NCBI GenBank assembly: GCA_965601925.1 | Contig: OZ271854.1 | Span: forward strand, 4,736,001-4,800,000 | From: Alkalispirochaeta sp. | GTDB lineage: Bacteria; Spirochaetota; Spirochaetia; DSM-27196; Alkalispirochaetaceae | DNA: 64,000 nt | Reading direction: 5' to 3' | Shown: piece after piece, positions 56,579-64,000 of the stretch | Numbering within the stretch: the first letter of the stretch is position 1 | How the letters are laid out: each line of letters starts with the position of its first letter | Notes under the pieces: generated by a model | What the model was told of the DNA's origin: nothing | Seen by the model: the letters and a program-made list of their open reading frames with translations, nothing else | Database searches by the model: none | Position numbers and translations under genes: made by a program

Positions 56579-57538
56579 TTACGCCCCCGCCGCCCCGGCG
56601 GCGAGGGCCGCCAATGCGATCGAGTCGAGCTTGGCCCGCTCGGAGTCGGCGCGGCTGGTCAGCACGATGGGCGCGCGGGCTCCGACGATCACGCCGGCGT
56701 TTCGCGATTCGGCGAGAAAGGCGAGCGCCTTGTACAGCACGTTACCGCTCTCGATCTGGGGAGCGAGAAGGATGTCCGCCTCCCCTGCGACGGGCGACTC
56801 GATGCCCTTGGTGCGCGCCGCCTCGACTGAGACTGCGTTGTCCAGAGCAAACGGGCCGTCGACGATGCATCCGGTGATCTCGCCGCGCCGATTGGCCTCT
56901 TTCAATGCGGCGGCGTCGACGGTGGCGCTCATACGTTCGTTCACCTTCTCCTTTGCCGCGAGGACGGCGACCTTCGGCTCCTCGTATCCCAAGGCGTGCA
57001 GGAATGAAACCGCATTCTCGAGGATTGCGCGCTTCGTCTCGTACCCCGGCGCGATGTTCATCGCCGCATCGGTGATTGCCAAGGGGCGCGGGTAGCCGGC
57101 AATCTCAAACAGGGCCAGATGACTCAGGACGCTGCCGGCGCGAAGTCCGTTCACGCGGTCCAAGACCGCGTGAAGGAGAACTGAGGTGTCCACGAGCCCC
57201 TTCATAAGCATGGCGGCGTCGCCCGAGGCGACGATGGAGACGGCCCGTCGTGCAGACGCTTCCATATCGGAAACGGCCTCTACGGGCATACCGGCGATGT
57301 CGATCTCCTCCTCGTCGGCGATGCGTGCCAAATCGTCCGCGTCGGCAACCAACACGGGCTCGATGAGGCGTCGATCGCGTGCCGCGGTCACGGCGCGCAA
57401 CACATCGCCCTCCGCCGCCGCGGCAACGGCCATAGCGACCGGTTCTCTTCCCGGAGTATCGAGGAGAGAGAATGAAAAGGGACGGGGCGTCATGCCGGTC
57501 GAACGTCCCGTTCCGAATTTCGGTGTGCGTACATCCAT
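56579..57538 (-). CDS. ptb: Phosphate butyryl/acyltransferase
   Basis: LMKGLVDT, SHLA.FE, TDAAMNIAP, VDGPFALDNAVS, G.ADILL.P.IESGN.LYK, PIVLTSRADS. Confidence 0.93.
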   Translation of the reverse strand: MDVRTPKFGTGRSTGMTPRPFSFSLLDTPGREPVAMAVAAAAEGDVLRAVTAARDRRLIEPVLVADADDLARIADEEEIDIAGMPVEAVSDMEASARRAVSIVASGDAAMLMKGLVDTSVLLHAVLDRVNGLRAGSVLSHLALFEIAGYPRPLAITDAAMNIAPGYETKRAILENAVSFLHALGYEEPKVAVLAAKEKVNERMSATVDAAALKEANRRGEITGCIVDGPFALDNAVSVEAARTKGIESPVAGEADILLAPQIESGNVLYKALAFLAESRNAGVIVGARAPIVLTSRADSERAKLDSIALAALAAGAAGA

Positions 57539-57542
57539 GCGC

Positions 57543-58093
57543 TTATCGTACCGGCTCGACGACGACCTCAGCCCCCCGTTCTAAGGCCGCCTTGTTCAGC
57601 GGCAATACGGAGGCCTTTTTGGGGCCGAACACTTTCCCCAGTGCATCGTTCACCGACGCGAGATCGAACAGACCACTTTTTGCCAGATACGCGCCGAGCA
57701 TCACCATATTGGCCACCTTCGCGTTGCCGAGCTCGGCCGCGATCTCGTTGGCGTCCACGGCGAGAACGTCGATATCGGAGCGCTCGGGTTCGACATCGAT
57801 CAGAGACCGATTGAGAACCAATAGTCCCCCCGGAACCAACTCGGGTTCGAACTTGCGCACCGACGGAAGATTCATAACGAGCGCCGCCGTCGCGTCCTTG
57901 GAGATAATAGGCGAACCGACGGGGTGCTCGCTCACGATAACGTGGCAGTTGGCGGTTCCACCCCGCATCTCCGGACCGTAACTGGGGAGCCAGCTCACCT
58001 CTCGGTTCTCCAACATACCGGTATAGGCGAGAAGTCGCCCCATGGACATGACACCCTGGCCGCCGAATCCGGCGCAGATGATCTTCGCCTCGT

Positions 58094-58097
<4 letters not shown>
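57543..58097 (-). CDS. 2-oxoacid:ferredoxin oxidoreductase gamma subunit
   Basis: [30 protein letters not shown]. Confidence 0.95.
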
Positions 58098-58872
<775 letters not shown>

Positions 58873-58873
<1 letters not shown>

Positions 58874-59934
58874 TACTTCACCTCCTGGAGCATCGCTTTG
58901 GCCTTCTCGATAATCGTATGCTGATCGGGCACCATACCGCCGGCGCGTCCGAAAAAGCCGACCGGCCAACGCCCTGCGACGGAGATGCGCACATCGTCGA
59001 TCATCTGCCCCATGCTCATCTCTACCGCCATAACCGCCCGCACCGACTTTCCCAACTCGTCGAAAGCGTCGTGGGGCCACGGCCACAGAGTGATCGGGCG
59101 AATGAGTCCCGCCGCAACGCCCCCCTCGCGCAACATATCCACGGCGTTGCGCACGACTCGCGAGGCAGTCCCGTAGCTCACAAACACGATGTGTGCGTCT
59201 TCGAGGCGATACGCCTCCCAGCGCATCTCGTTCTTCTCGATCTCGCGGTGCTTGGCGGCCAACCGTTCGTTGTGCGCCTCGAGGTCCTGCGGCAAGAGAT
59301 ACAGCGAGTTGACGACATTGGGGTCGCGCCGGGAGCCGGTACCGGTTGTGGCCCAGTCTTTGACCGGGAGCTGACGTTTGGGCGGATCGCGAAACTCGAC
59401 CGGTTCCATCATTTGGCCGATCATACCGTCGCCCAGAACCATCACCGGTATGCGGTACTGGTCGGCGACGTCGAAGGACTCCATCATGATGTCCACCGTC
59501 TCCTGCACGCTCGCCGGAGCGTAGACGATGTGACGGTAGTCGCCGTTCCCTCCTCCACGCGTTGCCTGAAAATAGTCGGATTGACCGGGCTGGATACTAC
59601 CGAGCCCCGGACCGCCGCGCATCATATTGACGATGACGCACGGGAGCTCGGCTCCGGCGATGTAACTTATCCCCTCTTGTTTGAGGGCGATTCCCGGGCT
59701 GGATGAGGATGTCATGACCCGCGCGCCCGATCCGGCGGCACCGTAGACCATATTGATCGCCGCCACCTCGCTCTCGGCCTGGAGAAACACACCGCCGGCT
59801 TTGGGGAGCTCCCGCGACATGTACTCCGGAATCTCGTTCTGGGGCGTGATGGGATATCCGAAAAAGTAGCGACACCCGCCGCGTATGGCCGCCTCTCCGA
59901 CCGCCTCATTTCCCTTCATCAATACCTTGTCCAT
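58873..59934 (-). CDS. vorB: 2-oxoisovalerate-type 2-oxoacid:ferredoxin oxidoreductase alpha subunit
   Basis: [48 protein letters not shown]. Subunit letter conventions vary. Confidence 0.93.
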
Positions 59935-60164
59935 CAGGCGCTCTCCTTCTCGAGGCGTTCGACCTGTATCACCACATCGGGACACATCATCGCGCAAAAG
60001 GTGCACACGATACACGCCTCAGGGTCCGTCACGTAGGCGGGGTTGTACCCCTTGGAGTTTATACGTCCCATATCGAGGGCGACGATGTCCTTCGGACACG
60101 CGTGGACGCACAATCCGCACCCCTTACATCGATCTTCGTCAAATACGACCAGTCCTTTCGGCAT
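59934..60164 (-). CDS. 2x[4Fe-4S] ferredoxin (oxidoreductase delta subunit)
   Basis: CKGCGLCVHACP and CIVCTFCAMMCP. Confidence 0.95.
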   Translation of the reverse strand: MPKGLVVFDEDRCKGCGLCVHACPKDIVALDMGRINSKGYNPAYVTDPEACIVCTFCAMMCPDVVIQVERLEKESA

Positions 60165-60182
60165 GGCTACCTCCTGTTCACT

Positions 60183-60896
60183 TCATGTGGTATGGCTGTT
60201 TCCGCTATTCATCCAGTCTTGGCGCAGAGCGCTCACCAACGGCACCGCCGTCCCTCCGAGCTCATCGATGCGCTCTTTGCACGACTCGACCAGATCGTGT
60301 CGCATCGTTACGTATACGACCGGGAGCCCCGAGAGCTGCGTGATGCGCCGGCAGACCTCGTTTCCGTGAAGCAGATGGTCGCACACAGTCTCGTGCAGTA
60401 GATGGCCGTTGTTGACGAGTCCGGTGCAGTGGAGCCCCACCTCCTCCTCGATCGCCCGTATCGAGAGCAGTGTCGATTCGGCGTTGCGGTTCTCGGTCCG
60501 AAACGGATTGACGACGTAGAGCACCTCGGTGTCCTCAGTCGGTATATGGGGACGAAACTGTCGCAACGCCCGAGAGCCGGCGGCGTCGCCTCCCAAATCG
60601 ATGATGACGTGGCGATCTTGATCGTGGAGCGCCGGAACGATCGTTCCGGGAATCGCCGGTACATCTACTCCGAAGTCGATTTCGAGGCTGTTGCCGATGA
60701 CGGTAATGTCGCGCTCCGCGAGAAGTGAACGCGCCTCCCTGCTGCGAAAGTACGGATTGACGACGTCGAGATCGATGAGAGTGATCGGCAGCTCGGGTCG
60801 CCGAGCGCGCATCCAAAGGGCCAACCCGACCGAGCATTCGCTTTTGCCGGTCCCGTAGTGCCCTACGATGATCGTAACACGATTCGCTTCGCTCAC
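60183..60896 (-). CDS. Uncharacterised P-loop NTP-binding protein (MinD/SIMIBI-like)
   Basis: IIVGHYGTGKSE, IDLDVVNPYFRSRE, D.PA, IIDLGGD..G, VVN..R, LVNN.HL; GTG overlaps the buk stop. Confidence 0.85.
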   Translation of the reverse strand: MSEANRVTIIVGHYGTGKSECSVGLALWMRARRPELPITLIDLDVVNPYFRSREARSLLAERDITVIGNSLEIDFGVDVPAIPGTIVPALHDQDRHVIIDLGGDAAGSRALRQFRPHIPTEDTEVLYVVNPFRTENRNAESTLLSIRAIEEEVGLHCTGLVNNGHLLHETVCDHLLHGNEVCRRITQLSGLPVVYVTMRHDLVESCKERIDELGGTAVPLVSALRQDWMNSGNSHTT

Positions 60897-62023
60897 GAGC
60901 GTCCACCGCCTACCGACGCGTGCCGGTCTACGTTCACCGGAGCGCCGGTATACTCGTACGCCTCCTCTTCGCCGCGGAGGACGCGTAACGCCCCCTCGGC
61001 GAGGGCGATCATCTCGTTTTCGCCGGGATACACGAGAATGGGCGCAATCCATGCGACGCGTTCGGTAATCCAATCGACGAGCATATCGTCGTGGGCGAGT
61101 CCGCCGGTAAGAACAATCGCATCGGGGCGCTTCCCAAGGGCCGCGGCGGCCGCGCCGATCTCTCGCCCCACCTGCCACGCCATAGCGCGATAGATACGCT
61201 CGGCGCCGGCGTCTCCGGAGGCGATACGCTTTGCAATCTCTCGCGCGTCGTTCGTTCCGAGATACGCGACGAGTCCACCCTGACCCTTAATCATCTTTTT
61301 TACGGCGCCCTTGTCGTATCGGCCGGAAAAGCAGAGATCGACGAGCTTGAGCGCCGCAATACCGCCGCTTCGCTCCGGCGTAAAGGGCCCATCGCCGTTC
61401 AAGCCGTCGTTCACGTCGATGACACGTCCGTTTCTGTGAGAACCGACGGTGATACCGCCGCCCATATGAGCCACGACAAAGGAGACAGCACCGTAGTCGG
61501 CATTGAGCTCCCCTGCGGCGCGGCGCGCAACCGCCTTTTGATTGAGGGCGTGAAAGATGCTGGTACGGTCCAACCCCGGTATGCCCGAGGGACGCGCCAC
61601 CTCTTCGAGTTCGTCGACGACGACGGGATCGACGATGAACGACGGGATATCGCCCGCCTCATGCGCAATCTCGTCGGCCAGAATACCGCCGAGATTGGAG
61701 GCGTGCGCCCCGAGAACACCTTTGCGCAGGTCGACAATCATCGCCTCGTTAACGCGATACGTGCCGCCGTGCACCGGATGGATCAGGCCGCCCCGTCCTA
61801 CGGTGGCCGCCAACGAGGCGAGCGCAATGCGAGCACCCGCGAGGGCATCCAAAACGGCGCGCCTGCGTATGTCCAATTGGTCGTTGATCTCCTCGAACGC
61901 CGAGAGCTCATCGGCGCTATGGGTGAGGTTGCGCTCCATAATGCGCGTCGCTCCGTCGAAACAGGCGATCTTGGTGGAAGTGCTGCCGGGATTGATGGCG
62001 AGCACACGTTCCTGGTTAGCCAT
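60893..62023 (-). CDS. buk: Butyrate/branched-chain fatty acid kinase
   Basis: LAINPGSTSTK, GRGG, HASNLG, VDPVVVDE, HALNQKA, HMGGGI, GPFTPERSG, LTGGLA, YPGE.EM.AL. Confidence 0.97.
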   Translation of the reverse strand: MANQERVLAINPGSTSTKIACFDGATRIMERNLTHSADELSAFEEINDQLDIRRRAVLDALAGARIALASLAATVGRGGLIHPVHGGTYRVNEAMIVDLRKGVLGAHASNLGGILADEIAHEAGDIPSFIVDPVVVDELEEVARPSGIPGLDRTSIFHALNQKAVARRAAGELNADYGAVSFVVAHMGGGITVGSHRNGRVIDVNDGLNGDGPFTPERSGGIAALKLVDLCFSGRYDKGAVKKMIKGQGGLVAYLGTNDAREIAKRIASGDAGAERIYRAMAWQVGREIGAAAAALGKRPDAIVLTGGLAHDDMLVDWITERVAWIAPILVYPGENEMIALAEGALRVLRGEEEAYEYTGAPVNVDRHASVGGGRS

Positions 62024-62060
62024 GCGATACGCTCCGTCTGGTGTGGTACAGATACAGTGA

Positions 62061-62077
62061 TGCAACTACCATGCCAA
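62061..62077 (-). promoter_or_regulatory. sigma54 (-24/-12) promoter of the buk operon
   Basis: TTGGCAT-GGTAG-TTGCA, near the consensus TGGCAC-N5-TTGCW, ~40 nt above buk. Confidence 0.88.
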
Positions 62078-62181
62078 CCCACTAAGAAGAACACCGACGA
62101 GCTAATTATTCAATTTTCTCTTCATAGAATTGTATTTTTAGAACTATTTTTGAATCAAAGATGAAGAGATCACTGAAGAAA

Positions 62182-62231
62182 CACGCAAAAAAATACGCAT
62201 ACGCAGAATATTGCACGCATTTTCTTGCGCA
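62182..62231. promoter_or_regulatory. Candidate upstream activator sites (tandem imperfect GCA..TGC palindromes)
   Basis: ACGCAAAAAATACGCA, CGCAGAATATTGCA, CGCATTTTCTTGCG ~110-150 bp above the sigma54 site, separated from it by an AT-rich tract. Confidence 0.6.
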
Positions 62232-62260
62232 CTTTACCGTAAGAAGTCCTCTCGGCGCCT

Positions 62261-64000
62261 TTAATGAATATCGTAGCGCTTCATTTTGTACTGCAGGGCT
62301 CGCACACTGATACCGAGTGCCGCAGCACACCGCGTGCGATTTCCCCCACAGTGCCCGAGTACGGAACGGATGTGGCGAGACTCGGCCGCAGCCACCACCG
62401 GCGCAAGTTCGTCCTCGCTCGTAGCGATGTCGTTGTACCGTGCAACGGCCGTATCGATGGGATTTTGGTGATCGCCGTCGCTACAGCCGTCGGAACGCGT
62501 ACCGAGTTCCGCCAAATGGTCGGCGGCGATCACCGTCTCCTCCAGCCCCATGGCCACGACCGCCCGACGCAACGCATTTTCCAGTTCACGAACATTTCCG
62601 GGCCACGGATGGGCGGCGAGGACCGCCGTTGCCGCCGGATCGATCCCGTCCACCGCCCGTCCGTACTCGGAGTTGATCTTTTCCAAAAGGGTTCGCGCCA
62701 GAAGCGGAATATCCCGAACTCGCTCGCGCAAAGGCGGTATGAGGACCGGCACGACGTGGAGACGGTAGTACAAATCCTCGCGAAATCGCCCCGTGCGGAT
62801 CTCGGCGGCAAGGTCGAGGTTGGTCGCGGCGATGACGCGTACGTTGATCGGGATCGCGTCGTTCCCGCCGACGCGGCGCACCTCTCGCTCCTGGAGCACA
62901 CGGAGGAGTTTCGCTTGAGTATTGAGGCTCATGAGCCCCACCTCGTCGAGAAAGATCGTGCCCCCGTGCGCCTCCTCGAACAGGCCTCGGCGCCCCCCTT
63001 TTCGCGCGCCGGTGAAGGCACCCCCTTCGTATCCGAAGAGCTCACTCTCGAGCACGCTCTCGGAAAGAGCCGCACAGTTGACCCGAATGAACCGCGCGTT
63101 CCGGCGCTCGCTTGCGTTGTGAATCGCGTGAGCAAACAACTCCTTGCCGGTTCCGCTCTCTCCCCGCAGTACCACCGTCGCCGGAGTACCGGCGGCGGCC
63201 CGCGCCCGCTTTAAGGCCTCGACAAACGCCGGTTCGCTTCCGACCACGTCGTCGAATGTGTAGCGCGCCTCCAACTTTCGGATGGTCGCGTGTGCGTCGG
63301 CGAGCTGCCCGTGCAGCTGTATCAGTTCGCTCACGTCCTTAATGACCGCAACCGAGCCCTTGATGCGGCCGTTCACGATGATAGGGTTGGCGTCCACGAT
63401 AACGTCCCGCTTGTAGCGTCCCACCTTGAGCCGCTCGTTACGCACCGGCCGCCCGGTCTGAACGACTTTCATGTGAATGCTGTCGCCGCTGGCGATGTCG
63501 ACGGTGCAGGGACGGCCCAATACGTCCTCTTGGCTGAGGCCCGTTACGCGTGTATAGGCGGGGTTTACCAATACGCCCCGACCACGCTCATCCACGACCG
63601 ATATGGCGTCTTGAGTACTCTGAAAGATCGCCTCATTGAGGACGCGAATCTCCCGAAGGTTGGTTATCTCCTCGGCGAGGCGCTGTAGTTCGCTGATATC
63701 GCGAAATATCGCCGCCGCTCCGATGATCGCCCCCGCCTCGTCGCGGATCGGATAGCGGCTCGTAACGATGGTGACTTCGCGCCACGTCAACTGTTGATCC
63801 GTCTCGGCGACTCCCGTCTCTATGACGTCGGGTAGCCTCGTGACGGGAATTACCGCTTCGATCGATTCTCCCACCGCCACGGCCCGCTCGATTCCGAGGA
63901 TACGTTCCGCCGCGGGATTGAAAAAAGTGATAATCCGGTCGCGATTGACCGCGATGATGCCGTCGGAGGTGCTATTGACCAGGAGCAGTATTTCCCGGCT
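62261..64000 (-). CDS. sigma54-dependent activator, PAS-PAS-AAA+-Fis HTH (BkdR/RocR-like); 5' end outside the window
   Basis: GESGTGKELFA, ESELFGY..GAFTGA, FLDEVG, RVIAATN, FREDLYYRL, WPGNVREL; frame appears open to the window edge. Confidence 0.95.
   Translation of the reverse strand, partial: SREILLLVNSTSDGIIAVNRDRIITFFNPAAERILGIERAVAVGESIEAVIPVTRLPDVIETGVAETDQQLTWREVTIVTSRYPIRDEAGAIIGAAAIFRDISELQRLAEEITNLREIRVLNEAIFQSTQDAISVVDERGRGVLVNPAYTRVTGLSQEDVLGRPCTVDIASGDSIHMKVVQTGRPVRNERLKVGRYKRDVIVDANPIIVNGRIKGSVAVIKDVSELIQLHGQLADAHATIRKLEARYTFDDVVGSEPAFVEALKRARAAAGTPATVVLRGESGTGKELFAHAIHNASERRNARFIRVNCAALSESVLESELFGYEGGAFTGARKGGRRGLFEEAHGGTIFLDEVGLMSLNTQAKLLRVLQEREVRRVGGNDAIPINVRVIAATNLDLAAEIRTGRFREDLYYRLHVVPVLIPPLRERVRDIPLLARTLLEKINSEYGRAVDGIDPAATAVLAAHPWPGNVRELENALRRAVVAMGLEETVIAADHLAELGTRSDGCSDGDHQNPIDTAVARYNDIATSEDELAPVVAAAESRHIRSVLGHCGGNRTRCAAALGISVRALQYKMKRYDIH

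Overview
This is a GC-rich bacterial chromosome segment, probably from a free-living spirochaete (Spirochaetaceae-like). That placement is inferred from gene content and not proven. About 50 genes are present. Most are housekeeping or metabolic: comM (cut by the window edge), rnhA, an inositol monophosphatase, yjbQ, cmk, yicC, murC, a TPP-riboswitch-controlled ABC permease/ATPase, rsmE, udk, metY with an Rrf2 regulator, an M16 protease, a PhrB-type photolyase, an RND efflux trio, ptsP, and a sigma54-driven buk-vor-ptb operon with its activator. The standout is an unexplained locus at about 7.0-17.2 kb. It holds FOUR collinear paralogs of an unrecognised ~230-aa protein family, split across two convergent operons. 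These surround a translationally coupled PPP-type metallophosphatase, a HipA/PI3K-like kinase and a Hanks-type pseudokinase with a long disordered tail. A divergent LysM membrane protein and a truncated ankyrin gene flank the cluster. It is the candidate undescribed phospho-regulated system. Other oddities are a receptor-like protein with hierarchical acidic repeats, a MalT-like regulator cassette with a palindromic operator, an AraC/AhpD chimeric pseudogene, and repeated leaderless promoter architecture. No rRNA, tRNA, CRISPR array or transposase was seen. All family calls come from motif recognition by eye; no database searches were run.
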